Positions 45,164 to 56,968 of a stretch of DNA of 64,000 nucleotides are shown piece after piece; the stretch's first letter is position 1; each line of letters starts with the position of its first letter. The notes beneath the pieces were generated by a model, which saw only the letters and a list, made by a program, of their open reading frames with translations, did not search any database and was not told where the DNA came from. The stretch lies in assembly GCF_051903065.1 (NCBI RefSeq), contig NZ_CP178438.1; one strand, 5' to 3'. The position numbers and the translations under genes are program-made. This DNA is from Escherichia coli. Its GTDB lineage: Bacteria > Pseudomonadota > Gammaproteobacteria > Enterobacterales > Enterobacteriaceae.

Positions 45164-46612
45164 ATGTTATCCGGCTATATTGCAGGAGCGATTATGAAAC
45201 AAGAAGTTATCCTGGTACTCGACTGTGGCGCGACCAATGTCAGGGCCATCGCGGTTAATCGGCAGGGAAAAATTGTTGCCCGCGCCTCAACGCCTAATGC
45301 CAGCGATATCGCGATGGAAAACAACACCTGGCACCAGTGGTCTTTAGACGCCATTTTGCAACGCTTTGCTGATTGCTGTCGGCAAATCAATAGTGAACTG
45401 ACTGAATGCCACATCCGCGGTATCGCCGTCACCACCTTTGGTGTGGATGGCGCTCTGGTAGATAAGCAAGGCAATCTGCTCTATCCGATCATTAGCTGGA
45501 AATGTCCGCGAACAGCAGCGGTTATGGACAATATTGAACGGTTAATCTCCGCACAGCGGTTGCAGGCTATTTCTGGCGTCGGAGCCTTTAGTTTCAATAC
45601 GTTATATAAGTTGGTGTGGTTGAAAGAAAATCATCCACAACTGCTGGAACGCGCGCACGCCTGGCTCTTTATTTCGTCGCTGATTAACCACCGTTTAACC
45701 GGCGAATTCACTACTGATATCACGATGGCCGGAACCAGCCAGATGCTGGATATCCAGCAACGCGATTTCAGTCCGCAAATTTTACAAGCCACCGGTATTC
45801 CACGCCGACTCTTCCCTCGTCTGGTGGAAGCGGGTGAACAGATTGGTACGCTACAGAACAGCGCCGCAGCAATGCTCGGCTTATCCGTTGGCATACCGGT
45901 GATTTCCGCAGGTCACGATACCCAGTTCGCCCTTTTTGGCGCTGGTGCTGAACAAAATGAACCCGTGCTCTCTTCCGGTACATGGGAAATTTTAATGGTT
46001 CGCAGCGCCCAGGTTGATACTTCGCTGTTAAGTCAGTACGCCGGTTCCACCTGCGAACTGGATAGCCAGGCAGGGTTGTATAACCCAGGTATGCAATGGC
46101 TGGCATCCGGCGTGCTGGAATGGGTGAGAAAACTGTTCTGGACGGCTGAAACACCCTGGCAAATGTTGATTGAAGAGGCTCGTCTGATCGCGCCTGGCGC
46201 GGATGGCGTGAAAATGCAGTGTGATTTATTGTCGTGTCAGAACGCTGGCTGGCAAGGAGTGACGCTTAATACCACGCGGGGGCATTTCTATCGCGCGGCG
46301 CTGGAAGGGTTAACTGCGCAATTACAGCGCAATCTACAGATGCTGGAAAAAATCGGCCACTTTAAAGCCTCTGAATTATTGTTAGTCGGCGGAGGAAGTC
46401 GCAACACATTGTGGAATCAGATTAAAGCCAATATGCTTGATATTCCGGTAAAAGTTCTCGACGACGCCGAAACGACCGTCGCAGGAGCTGCGCTGTTCGG
46501 TTGGTATGGCGTAGGGGAATTTAACAGCCCGGAAGAAGCCCGCGCACAGATTCATTATCAGTACCGTTATTTCTACCCGCAAACTGAACCTGAATTTATA
46601 GAGGAAGTGTGA
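45164..46612 (+). CDS. fucK: L-fuculokinase
   Basis: FGGY kinase; start could alternatively be the ATG at 45194 ([15 protein letters not shown]). Confidence 0.94.
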
Positions 46613-46613
46613 A

Positions 46614-47036
46614 ATGCTGAAAACAATTTCGCCGTTAATTTCTCCCGAACTATTGAAAGTGCTGGCAGAGATGGGACATGGAGATGAAATTATTTTTTCC
46701 GATGCTCACTTTCCCGCCCATTCGATGGGACCGCAGGTGATCCGCGCTGATGGCCTGTTGGTGAGCGACTTGCTCCAGGCGATTATCCCGTTATTTGAGC
46801 TGGACAGTTATGCACCGCCGCTGGTGATGATGGCAGCGGTAGAAGGTGACACTCTCGATCCTGAAGTAGAACGACGTTACCGTAATGCGCTTTCACTACA
46901 AGCCCCCTGTCCTGACATCATCCGCATCAATCGTTTTGCGTTTTATGAACGGGCGCAAAAAGCCTTTGCGATCGTTATCACAGGCGAACGAGCGAAGTAC
47001 GGGAATATTCTTTTAAAAAAAGGGGTAACACCGTAA
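46614..47036 (+). CDS. fucU: L-fucose mutarotase
   Basis: 140-aa RbsD/FucU family protein. Confidence 0.95.
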
Positions 47037-47093
47037 TCTCATACCGGTACGCCCGCATGACGCGGGCGGTTATCGAATGATGGGGTGAAAAAT

Positions 47094-47825
47094 ATGAAAG
47101 CGGCACGCCAGCAAGCGATAGTCGACCTGCTGCTGAACCATACCAGCCTGACCACGGAAGCTCTCTCTGAACAGCTAAAGGTCAGTAAAGAAACCATTCG
47201 TCGCGATCTCAATGAATTACAGACGCAGGGTAAAATTCTGCGCAATCATGGACGCGCTAAATATATCCACCGTCAAAATCAAGACAGTGGCGATCCCTTT
47301 CACATCAGGCTGAAAAGCCATTATGCGCATAAAGCAGATATCGCGCGCGAGGCGCTCGCGTGGATTGAAGAAGGGATGGTGATAGCCTTAGACGCCAGTT
47401 CAACTTGCTGGTATCTGGCACGCCAGTTGCCTGACATCAACATTCAGGTCTTCACCAATAGCCATCCGATTTGCCATGAACTCGGTAAACGCGAACGCAT
47501 TCAACTGATCAGTTCCGGCGGCACACTTGAGCGCAAATATGGCTGTTACGTCAATCCCTCGCTGATTTCCCAACTTAAATCGCTGGAAATCGATCTGTTT
47601 ATTTTTTCTTGTGAAGGGATCGATAGCAGCGGCGCACTGTGGGACTCCAATGCCATCAACGCTGATTACAAATCGATGCTATTAAAACGCGCCGCGCAAT
47701 CGTTGTTATTGATTGATAAAAGTAAATTTAATCGTTCAGGGGAAGCCCGCATCGGGCATCTGGATGAGGTAACGCACATTATTTCTGATGAACGCCAGGT
47801 TGCAACTTCTTTGGTAACAGCCTGA
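47094..47825 (+). CDS. fucR: DeoR-family transcriptional activator of the fuc regulon
   Basis: N-terminal HTH (DeoR type) and sugar-binding C-domain; start at MKAARQQ. Confidence 0.94.
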   Translation: MKAARQQAIVDLLLNHTSLTTEALSEQLKVSKETIRRDLNELQTQGKILRNHGRAKYIHRQNQDSGDPFHIRLKSHYAHKADIAREALAWIEEGMVIALDASSTCWYLARQLPDINIQVFTNSHPICHELGKRERIQLISSGGTLERKYGCYVNPSLISQLKSLEIDLFIFSCEGIDSSGALWDSNAINADYKSMLLKRAAQSLLLIDKSKFNRSGEARIGHLDEVTHIISDERQVATSLVTA

Positions 47826-47868
47826 CGGAAAGGGTAGCAGGCCGGAAACGACGCCCCGGCCTTGCCTG

Positions 47869-48969
47869 TTATCGCTCGTCGCGACGACCACCAACAGCAG
47901 CCCATATACGACGGACATGCACCGTCACTTCTTCGCGATCGTGATACAACTGCCGCGCCTGAATCTGAGCATTTATGCCATGTTCATCAAGCTGTGCCTG
48001 AATATACGCCAGATTGTGTGACACTTCTTCGTAGCGTTTTTTCATCGGCAGTTTGAGGTTGAAAATGGTTTCACGGCACCAGCCATTAACCAGCCACTGC
48101 GCCATCAATGCCGCAACTTTCGCCGGTTTTTCAACCATATCGCATACCATCCAGGAGATATTGCTGCGTGTCGGACGGAATTTGAACCCGTCTTCCCGTA
48201 GCCACGTCACCTGTCCGGTATCCATCAGACTTTGCGCCATCGGGCCGTTGTCGACGGAATAAACCCACATGTTGCGCTTCACCAGTTGGTAGGTCCAGCC
48301 GCCAGGGCAAGCGCCTAAATCCACCGCCCACATCCCGTTCGCCAGGCGTTCATCCCACTCATCCGCAGGAATAAACACATGAAATGCCTCTTCCAGTTTG
48401 AGCGTGGAACGACTCGGCGCATCTGCCGGAAATTTCAGGCGCGGAATGCCCATATAGAACGGCGAATTATTGTTGCTGTATGAGTAACCGGTATAGCAGC
48501 AGCCTGGTGCAATAAAGAATACATGCACAACCGGACGCTTCGGCGTTTCATAGTTCGCCAGCACCCCGGCATCGCGCAAGGCAGCGCGTAGCGGCACGGT
48601 GAATTTACGGCAGAATTTCAGCAACTCTTTGCTTTCGTTGGTATCGGCAACTTCAACACGCAGTTCACCGCCCTTCTCTACTACGCCCTGTAACATGCCG
48701 ACAATGGGGGTAATACGATCTTCTGGCGGCAAATGCTGCAGGAGTTCCCCCACCACAAACCACTGGCGGGCAAAAATTAATGAACTGAACGGCAACTCAC
48801 GGATTAACTTATCGCCATCATCAGGTTGATAACATTCATAAATCACATAACCCGCATTCTCTTTCACGCGGGCAAAACCGAAAATTTCCCGCTGGCCGGC
48901 TTTATCGGTAATTTCTGCGGCGCACTCTTTTTCAAAGCCCGGACGGCACAGCAATACAACCTTATTCAT
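47869..48969 (-). CDS. rlmM: 23S rRNA 2'-O-ribose C2498 methyltransferase
   Basis: 366 aa with THUMP-like N-domain and SAM-dependent methyltransferase C-domain. Confidence 0.9.
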
Positions 48970-49357
48970 GACTTACGCCCTTGCGCTTTAAACGGATAGC
49001 ACCAACTAACATTAACGCCCAGCCCGCAAGGAAGCTCACGCCGCCAACCGGAGTGACAAACGCCCACAAACGCAGATGGGACAGTGCCAGGCAATAAAGG
49101 CTGCCGCTGAACAGCACCGTGCCTAACGCGAGGAAAACGCTACTCCAGTAAAACCAGATACTGATGCGACGCTGCATTGCCACCGCCAGACCTAAGATCG
49201 CCAGCGTATGAAACGCCTGGTATTCGAGGCCGGTCTGGATCCAGCCCATCTCAACGGCCCCCATGGTTTTACTTAACACATGCGCGCCAAAAGCGCCCAG
49301 AGCCACAAAAATGAAGCCGCTAATGGCGGCGAAAATCAGCATAAAACGGCTGGTCAT
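48962..49357 (-). CDS. ygdD: DUF423 inner-membrane protein
   Basis: 131-aa four-helix hydrophobic protein; start overlaps the rlmM stop by 8 bp. Confidence 0.85.
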
Positions 49358-49375
49358 GGTCGTACCCTACGTAAA

Positions 49376-50293
49376 TTATTGTTCATAACGAAAGCGGAAT
49401 TTTTCTTGTTCAGCAGCGGCTTTCGCCAGGATCCATTGGCGAAAGGCGGCTATTTTACCCAGTTCTGCCTGGCTGTCATGACAAACCAGATAAAAAGCGT
49501 TTTTACTGACCAGAACATCATTAAACGGGCAAACAAGACGTCCGGCTTCAATTTCAGATTGCGCCATCACGTTATTTGCCAGCGCCACTCCCTGCCCGTG
49601 GATAGCCGCTTGCAGCACCATGGCACTATGGCTAAAAATTGGCCCTTGCTGAACGTTGATATGATTTAACCCCAACTGTCGGGTATATGTCTGCCAGTCA
49701 CGGCGTGACGCATCATGTAATAGCGTATGTTTAGCCAGATCTTCCGGGGTCTTCAAGGGTTTTTCGCCAGTCAGCAGTAGCGGCGAACACACCGGCAATA
49801 AATATTCGGCGTACAGTTTTTCCACCCGTAGCCCCGGCCAGTTGCCCCGACCATAAAATATCGCCACATCAACATCATCCGCCAGCTTATCTTCCTGACG
49901 ATCAACCGCCTGGATTCGAACGTCAATTCCCGGATAAGCTGAATTAAAGCTGGAAAGTCGCGGAACCAACCAATGAATGGCGAAACTAGGGAGTAAACTG
50001 ACCGTCAACGCCCCCTTGGCGCTACGGGCCTGGAGTTTACGCGTCGCTTCGGTTAATTGCGAAAATATCTCTTTGATATCGAGGAAATAGCTTTGCCCTT
50101 CCTCGGTCAGCAGGAGTGAACGATTACGGCGGCGGAACAGTTTTAGCCCCAAAAAATCCTCAAGAGACTTGATTTGATGACTTACTGCGGCCTGGGTCAC
50201 AAAAAGCTCTTCTGCTGCGCGAGTGAAACTTAAATGGCGTGCTGCGGCATCAAAAACTCGTAAGGCATTTAGCGGTGGTAATCGTTTAGACAT
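49376..50293 (-). CDS. gcvA: LysR-family regulator of the glycine cleavage system
   Basis: 305 aa, MSKRLPPLNALRVFDAAARHLSFTRAAEELFVTQAAVSHQIKSLE... Confidence 0.96.
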   Translation of the reverse strand: MSKRLPPLNALRVFDAAARHLSFTRAAEELFVTQAAVSHQIKSLEDFLGLKLFRRRNRSLLLTEEGQSYFLDIKEIFSQLTEATRKLQARSAKGALTVSLLPSFAIHWLVPRLSSFNSAYPGIDVRIQAVDRQEDKLADDVDVAIFYGRGNWPGLRVEKLYAEYLLPVCSPLLLTGEKPLKTPEDLAKHTLLHDASRRDWQTYTRQLGLNHINVQQGPIFSHSAMVLQAAIHGQGVALANNVMAQSEIEAGRLVCPFNDVLVSKNAFYLVCHDSQAELGKIAAFRQWILAKAAAEQEKFRFRYEQ

Positions 50294-50421
50294 GGCTTTT
50301 AAACTTTGATGTTAAATTAATTTAACAATTAGATCACACTGTGTAACCTATTAGTTTTTTTAATCTGAGCCATTATAAATTGTCCGTTGAGCTTCTACCA
50401 GCAAATACCTATAGTGGCGGC

Positions 50422-50627
50422 ACTTCCTGAGCCGGAACGAAAAGTTTTATCGGAATGCGTGTTCTGGTGAACTTTTGGCTTACGGTTGTGATGTTGTGTT
50501 GTTGTGTTTGCAATTGGTCTGCGATTCAGACCATGGTAGCAAAGCTACCTTTTTTCACTTCCTGTACATTTACCCTGTCTGTCCATAGTGATTAATGTAG
50601 CACCGCCTAATTGCGGTGCTTTTTTTT
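50422..50627 (+). ncRNA. gcvB: GcvB small RNA
   Basis: Begins acttcctgagccggaacgaaaag..., contains the GU-rich tracts tgtgatgttgtgttgttgtgtttg, ends with terminator gcaccgcctaattgcggtgcttttttt; divergent from gcvA. Confidence 0.95.
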
Positions 50628-50643
50628 ACCTTGCGATCGCGAA

Positions 50644-50871
50644 TTACTGATCCAGTTCGACCATCTCTTTCACGTCGGTACGGTTGATCTGCTGTTTGTT
50701 GCCATTAGCGTCTTTATACGAAATCATACCGGTATCGTTATCAGTCTGCGGTTTGCCGTCAGAGACGATGGTACGTCCGTCATTGGTGTGCATCACATAG
50801 TTCGAACCGGAACAGGCGCTCAGGGCAAAAGTCAGCATACAGGCAGAAATAATTGCGGCAGTCTTTTTCAT
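50644..50871 (-). CDS. ygdI: DUF903-family small lipoprotein
   Basis: 75 aa with lipobox LSAC. Confidence 0.85.
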   Translation of the reverse strand: MKKTAAIISACMLTFALSACSGSNYVMHTNDGRTIVSDGKPQTDNDTGMISYKDANGNKQQINRTDVKEMVELDQ

Positions 50872-51062
50872 CATCTTCTCCTTAAAGCGATTAATAAATC
50901 TTAATAGTATTGATTAACAGGCTAAAATTAACGCCTAACACTATTCAGCATATGTTACTGACGCGGCTTCGCCAGGATATCCAGATAATTCTGATGGTTA
51001 GCACTCTCCTTGTATCAAAGTGAATTTTGCGTCACGATCGGTGCATCAAGCCGAGGAGTACC

Positions 51063-52268
51063 ATGAACGTTTTTAATCCCGCGCAGTTTCGCGCCCAGTT
51101 TCCCGCACTACAGGATGCGGGCGTCTATCTCGACAGCGCCGCGACCGCGCTTAAACCTGAAGCCGTGGTTGAAGCCACTCGACAGTTTTACAGCCTGAGC
51201 GCCGGAAACGTCCATCGCAGCCAGTTTGCCGAAGCCCAACGCCTGACCGCGCGTTATGAAGCTGCACGAGAGAAAGTGGCGCAATTACTGAATGCACCGG
51301 ATGATAAAACTATCGTCTGGACGCGCGGCACCACTGAATCCATCAACATGGTGGCACAATGCTATGCGCGTCCGCGTCTGCAACCGGGCGATGAGATTAT
51401 TGTCAGCGTGGCAGAACACCACGCTAACCTCGTCCCCTGGCTGATGGTCGCCCAACAAACTGGAGCCAAAGTGGTGAAATTGCCGCTTAATGCGCAGCGA
51501 CTGCCGGATGTCGATTTGTTGCCAGAACTGATTACTCCCCGTAGTCGGATTCTGGCGTTGGGTCAGATGTCGAACGTTACTGGCGGTTGCCCGGATCTGG
51601 CGCGAGCGATTACCTTTGCTCATTCAGCCGGGATGGTGGTGATGGTTGATGGTGCTCAGGGGGCGGTGCATTTCCCCGCGGATGTTCAGCAACTGGATAT
51701 CGATTTCTATGCTTTCTCTGGTCACAAACTGTATGGCCCGACGGGTATCGGCGTGCTGTATGGCAAATCAGAACTGCTGGAAGCGATGTCGCCCTGGCTA
51801 GGCGGCGGCAAAATGGTTCACGAAGTGAGTTTTGACGGATTCACGACTCAATCTGCGCCGTGGAAACTGGAAGCAGGAACGCCAAATGTGGCTGGTGTCA
51901 TAGGATTAAGCGCGGCGCTGGAATGGCTGGCAGATTACGATATCAACCAGGCCGAAAGCTGGAGCCGTAGTTTAGCAACACTGGCGGAAGATGCACTGGC
52001 GAAACGTCCAGGCTTCCGTTCATTCCGCTGTCAGGATTCCAGCCTGCTGGCCTTTGATTTTGCTGGCGTTCATCACAGCGATATGGTGACGCTGCTGGCG
52101 GAGTACGGTATTGCCTTGCGGGCCGGGCAACATTGCGCTCAGCCGCTACTGGCAGAATTAGGCGTAACCGGCACACTGCGCGCCTCTTTTGCGCCATATA
52201 ATACAAAGAGTGATGTGGATGCGCTGGTGAATGCCGTTGACCGCGCGCTGGAATTATTGGTGGATTAA
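51063..52268 (+). CDS. csdA: Cysteine sulfinate desulfinase / cysteine desulfurase (PLP-dependent)
   Basis: Class V aminotransferase fold; start at [13 protein letters not shown]. Confidence 0.93.
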   Translation: MNVFNPAQFRAQFPALQDAGVYLDSAATALKPEAVVEATRQFYSLSAGNVHRSQFAEAQRLTARYEAAREKVAQLLNAPDDKTIVWTRGTTESINMVAQCYARPRLQPGDEIIVSVAEHHANLVPWLMVAQQTGAKVVKLPLNAQRLPDVDLLPELITPRSRILALGQMSNVTGGCPDLARAITFAHSAGMVVMVDGAQGAVHFPADVQQLDIDFYAFSGHKLYGPTGIGVLYGKSELLEAMSPWLGGGKMVHEVSFDGFTTQSAPWKLEAGTPNVAGVIGLSAALEWLADYDINQAESWSRSLATLAEDALAKRPGFRSFRCQDSSLLAFDFAGVHHSDMVTLLAEYGIALRAGQHCAQPLLAELGVTGTLRASFAPYNTKSDVDALVNAVDRALELLVD

Positions 52269-52711
52269 TGACGAACCCGCAATTCGCCGGACATCCGTTC
52301 GGCACAACCGTAACCGCAGAAACGTTACGCAAGACCTTCGCACCGTTGACGCAATGGGAAGAAAAATATCGCCAGTTGATCATGCTGGGGAAACAGCTTC
52401 CGGCTTTGCCAGACGAGTTAAAAGCGCAGGCTAAAGAGATTGCCGGATGCGAAAACCGCGTCTGGCTGGGATATACCGTGGCTGAACACGGTAAAATGCA
52501 CTTCTTTGGCGACAGCGAAGGACGTATAGTGCGCGGCCTGCTGGCGGTGCTGTTGACTGCCGTTGAGGGGAAAACCGCCGCCGAATTGCAGGCACAGTCG
52601 CCGCTGGCATTGTTTGATGAGCTGGGATTGCGTGCGCAACTTAGCGCCTCACGCAGCCAGGGGCTGAATGCGTTAAGCGAGGCGATTATCGCTGCGGCGA
52701 AGCAGGTTTAA
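52268..52711 (+). CDS. csdE: Sulfur acceptor protein (SufE-like)
   Basis: 147-aa SufE-family protein with overlapping start/stop with csdA. Confidence 0.92.
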   Translation: MTNPQFAGHPFGTTVTAETLRKTFAPLTQWEEKYRQLIMLGKQLPALPDELKAQAKEIAGCENRVWLGYTVAEHGKMHFFGDSEGRIVRGLLAVLLTAVEGKTAAELQAQSPLALFDELGLRAQLSASRSQGLNALSEAIIAAAKQV

Positions 52712-52761
52712 GCACAGTACCAGGTCGGATAAGACGTTCGCGTCGCATCCGACCTGATTAT

Positions 52762-53568
52762 TTACCCCTGACGAGCCGCTTTCGCCATCATCTTTTTCAG
52801 CGCATGAGAAACCGCAACAAAACCAAAGGTGGCGGTCACCATCGTCGCCGCGCCAAATCCAGATGCACAATCCATCCGCTTCGGCCCTTCTGCCGTGGCT
52901 TTCATAGCACACACCGTACCGTCTGACTGCGGGTACACCAATGCTTCGGTAGAGAACACGCAATCGACGCCGAGCTTACCTTTACTGTTTTTCACTACGC
53001 CAAAATCGCTTTTCAGGCGCTCACGCAACTTCGCCGCCAGCGGGTCCTGAATCGTTTTCGCCAGATCGGTAACCTGAATCTGCGTCGGGTCAATCTGCCC
53101 ACCCGCGCCACCGGTTGTGACCAGTGGGATTTTATTGCGCCGACAATAAGCAATCAGCGCCGCTTTGGGCCGTACACTATCAATGGCATCAATCACGTAC
53201 GAATAACCCACGCTCATATACTGCGCTACGTTATCCGGCGTCACGAAATCATCCACCACCGTTACACGGCACTCCGGGTTAATCTGGCGAATACGCTCCG
53301 CCATAACTTCCGCTTTTGCCAGCCCAACGTTATCGCGCAGGGCATGAATTTGCCGATTGGTATTGGTGACGCACACATCATCCATATCGATAAGCGTGAT
53401 TGCGCCAATCCCCGTGCGCGCCAGCGCTTCCGCCGCCCAGGAACCGACACCGCCAATACCGACCACACAAATATGCGCGTCAGCAAACAGTTGCAGCGCT
53501 TTTTCACCATACAGACGCGCTGTGCCACCAAAACGCTGACGCCATGCATCACTAATTACCACAGACAT
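52762..53568 (-). CDS. tcdA: tRNA threonylcarbamoyladenosine dehydratase (E1-like)
   Basis: 268 aa with ThiF/MoeB-type nucleotide-binding motif VVGIGGVGSWAAEALARTG. Confidence 0.92.
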   Translation of the reverse strand: MSVVISDAWRQRFGGTARLYGEKALQLFADAHICVVGIGGVGSWAAEALARTGIGAITLIDMDDVCVTNTNRQIHALRDNVGLAKAEVMAERIRQINPECRVTVVDDFVTPDNVAQYMSVGYSYVIDAIDSVRPKAALIAYCRRNKIPLVTTGGAGGQIDPTQIQVTDLAKTIQDPLAAKLRERLKSDFGVVKNSKGKLGVDCVFSTEALVYPQSDGTVCAMKATAEGPKRMDCASGFGAATMVTATFGFVAVSHALKKMMAKAARQG

Positions 53569-53610
53569 AGCACCTCAGAATAAAAAGGGCGAGGTTATCC
53601 CTCACCCTAA

Positions 53611-53718
53611 ACGCATAAATGCCTGATGCGCTACGCTTATCAGGCCTACATAACTCCTGCAATATTTTGGATTTGCATGATTTGTAGGCCGGATAAGGCG
53701 TTCACGCCGCATCCGGCA
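53611..53718. repeat. BIME (pair of inverted REP elements)
   Basis: gcctgatgcgctacgcttatcaggcctac and inverted tgtaggccggataaggcgttcacgccgcatccggca. Confidence 0.8.
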
Positions 53719-53805
53719 TGAACAACGCGCACTTAGTCAATAATCAGGATGTGAGGTTATCCCTCACCCTGTCATATCCGTAAAAACGGCATACAGAATA
53801 TCACA

Positions 53806-54903
53806 TCAGCCGCTAAAGACGTTACCTGCGCCCGGGGCGGTTTTCAGCACCCAAACCCGTCCATAGTGGTTGTACCAACCTGCGCGGTGCCCGGCTTCCG
53901 GCCCGATCCCTTGATAGATATCGAAGTGTTGGCCTTTGATTGCGCCACCGACATCCAGCGCCACCATCAGACGCAATTCGTACTGACCATTAAATTTGCC
54001 GTTATTATCCAGCAGCGGCACTTCTGCCAGCAAGGTTGTACCTGGCGGAATAATGGAACGATCAGAGGCAACAGAAGCACGGCCAACCAGCGGCACCGCA
54101 CTTGCCCCTTTCACCGGTGCAAAAGATTGCGGTTTAAAGAAGACGAAAGACGGGTTCTGTTCCAGCAGCTCGCGAACCTCGGCTTCACTGTGTGTTTCGC
54201 CCCAGTGACGAATCGCCTGCATCGACATATCTTCTTTTTTCACTTCGCCACGGTCGATCAGCACCTTACCAATGCTGCGATAGGCATGACCGTTTTTCCC
54301 TGCATAGCTGAAAAAGTTAAGCGGACTGCCATCACCAAAGTCGATATACCCACTACCCTGCACATCCATAATGAAGTTATCCATCAGGGAGTTACTGTAA
54401 GCGAGAATATATTTATCACTCAATGCCCCCGCGTAGATCTCCGCACGAGACGGCAGACGACCACGTTTTGGCGGCATACGGTAAATAGGATACTGGAACT
54501 CGCCCTGGCGGGTATGGCGCGCCTGAATTACCGGCGTGTAATAGCCTGTAAACTGCACGTTACCATAGTTGTCGGCACCTTCCATCTGCCAGGCATCAAT
54601 GCCGAACTGACGCATATTGCGGGTATCACCGCCTGCGCGCAGCCACTCTTGCACCGCGTTATAAACATTACTCTGGTTGCCATACAGACGCGGTGACGAA
54701 TTACGGATATGGTTAATTTGCTCGGCAAAATCACCGGCGTTAATCGGCGCGCCAACGGCATCTGGCTGGTTCACCAGAGAGAAAGGCTGGGTAAATTTCC
54801 CGTCTTTATATTGCTGTCCGCGATCGGTTGGTTTGGAAGAGCAGGCGGCAAGCATTGCCACAACCATGCCCATAAGAAGGTACTTTACCCAACGTCCTTT
54901 CAT
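53806..54903 (-). CDS. mltA: Membrane-bound lytic murein transglycosylase A
   Basis: 365 aa starting MKGRWVKYLLMGMVVAMLAACSS (lipobox); the ORF-track N-terminal extension runs into the tRNA genes and is rejected. Confidence 0.93.
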   Translation of the reverse strand: MKGRWVKYLLMGMVVAMLAACSSKPTDRGQQYKDGKFTQPFSLVNQPDAVGAPINAGDFAEQINHIRNSSPRLYGNQSNVYNAVQEWLRAGGDTRNMRQFGIDAWQMEGADNYGNVQFTGYYTPVIQARHTRQGEFQYPIYRMPPKRGRLPSRAEIYAGALSDKYILAYSNSLMDNFIMDVQGSGYIDFGDGSPLNFFSYAGKNGHAYRSIGKVLIDRGEVKKEDMSMQAIRHWGETHSEAEVRELLEQNPSFVFFKPQSFAPVKGASAVPLVGRASVASDRSIIPPGTTLLAEVPLLDNNGKFNGQYELRLMVALDVGGAIKGQHFDIYQGIGPEAGHRAGWYNHYGRVWVLKTAPGAGNVFSG

Positions 54904-55111
54904 TGTTCTCTTCTTCAGGTTAAAAAATAAGGCGCAACGAAGATAACAAACCGCCGCGTTTAATGAAATGAGCAGCCTCTCCCTGACGCAAATTTTGCAC
55001 AAAAAATAGGCTTTAGTGATTTGTTTTTGTTCAAAATCATGCCAAATCCGTGATCGGGGTAAAAAAAAGGTTGCATGAAAACGCGAGCGGAGTATAGTGC
55101 GCTTCCACGGA

Positions 55112-55188
<77 letters not shown>

Positions 55189-55221
55189 ATTAAAATTTGA
55201 TGAAGTAAAGCAGTACGGTGA

Positions 55222-55298
<77 letters not shown>

Positions 55299-55332
55299 AT
55301 CAAAATTTGATGAAGTAAAAGCAGTACGGTGA

Positions 55333-55409
<77 letters not shown>

Positions 55410-55417
55410 ATTATTGA

Positions 55418-55439
55418 ACACCCTAACGGGTGTTTTTTT
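55418..55439 (+). terminator. Intrinsic terminator of the tRNA-Met operon
   Basis: Hairpin acaccc-taac-gggtgt followed by a run of 7 T. Confidence 0.8.
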
Positions 55440-55483
55440 GTTTCTGGTCTCCCATAAAAAAAGCGCCATTCAGCGCCTTTTTA

Positions 55484-56737
55484 TCATCCTCTTCTCGCCA
55501 GCGTCGCCCCATCGGCAAAATACGCTTTAATTCCCGCAAGAATAGACTCCGCAACTTCCTGCTGGAATGTCGCCGTTTTCAGTTTACGCTCTTCCTCAAC
55601 GTTACTGATAAACGCCGTTTCGACCAGAATGGAGGGAATATCTGGTGCCTTTAGTACGGCAAACCCGGCCTGTTCAACTTGATTTTTATGCAGCTTGTTG
55701 ATTTTACCGAGCTTATTCAGTACCGCTTTACCAAACTTCAGGCTGTCGGCAATGGTCAGCGACTGCACCATATCGAACATGGTGTGGTCGACATAGCGGT
55801 CACCGCTTTTGCTCACGCCACCAATCAAGTCCGAGGCGTTCTGGGTTTGTGCCAGATATTTTGCCGCAGTACTGGTTGCGCCTTTGGTTGAGAGCGCAAA
55901 CACCGAGGAACCGCTCGGCTGGCGACTGGTAAAGGCGTCGGCATGGATAGAGACAAACAGGTCAGCACGCTGTTTCTGGGCTTTTGCTACGCGCACTTGC
56001 AACGGAATGAAGATGTCTTCATTGCGCGTCATGTACACCTTCATATTGCCCTCTTTCTCGATCAGAGAGCGCAAACGGCGAGCTATTTGCAATACCACAT
56101 CTTTTTCGCGCGTTTTGTATTTCCCCACCGCACCGGAGTCTTCGCCACCGTGGCCAGGGTCAAGCATAATGACAATCGGACGATCGCGCCCTGCTTTACC
56201 TGGTTGTGGACCACTTTGCGCTGGCGGCACCTGCTTTTCGAGGTCGCCTTTGTTGTAATCCTCCAGCAGCGCCAGCAGCGGGTCCTGCATATCCTGCGCA
56301 TTGGCCGGATAGAGGTCCATCACCAGACGCTCTTTAAACCCGGCGACCGGCGCAAGGGCAAACAGCTGCGGTTTTACGTTTTGCTTTAATTCAAAAACCA
56401 TGCGTACGGTTTGCGGGTCAAATTGCCCGACGCGCGCCGACTTGATGAACGGGTCGTCTGCACGAATTTGTGCCGCCATCCCCTTGAGTACCGAGTTCAG
56501 GTTTACATCTTCGATATCCACCACCACGCGTTCCGGGTTACTCAACGCGAACTGCTTATATTTCAGCTGACGATTTGATTCTACCGTCACGCGGGTGTAG
56601 CTGGACGCAGGCCAGACGCGCACCGCCACGACCTGGCTGACCGCAGCCAGGCTGACCTGACTTACGCTCAATAGCCACATGGCGCCCGCGCCTTGCAGTA
56701 AACGACGACGGCTGATTGCAGTGTTGGATCCTGACAT
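55484..56737 (-). CDS. amiC: N-acetylmuramoyl-L-alanine amidase AmiC (Tat-exported)
   Basis: Start at [18 protein letters not shown] (twin-arginine signal); AMIN and amidase_3 domains. Confidence 0.93.
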
Positions 56738-56968
56738 GCCTCTCCCGAGCAAAAGAAATCTAAGCTGTGTAACAAGTAAACGACTAATTTGACCGGAAAC
56801 TTTAGCGAAAGACGCATAATCTGTCATCTAATAAACGGTAAACATTCTTTTTATATTCACGGCATTACTGATAAAAAAGTCGCTCTCGCATAAAATTTAC
56901 ACTTGCACCCTGCGAAAAAACAGAATAAAAATACAATAATTTCGAATAATCATGCAAAGAGGTGTGCC

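Noticed and set aside
53866-54696. 276-aa ORF on the plus strand
   Set aside because: Antisense to mltA.
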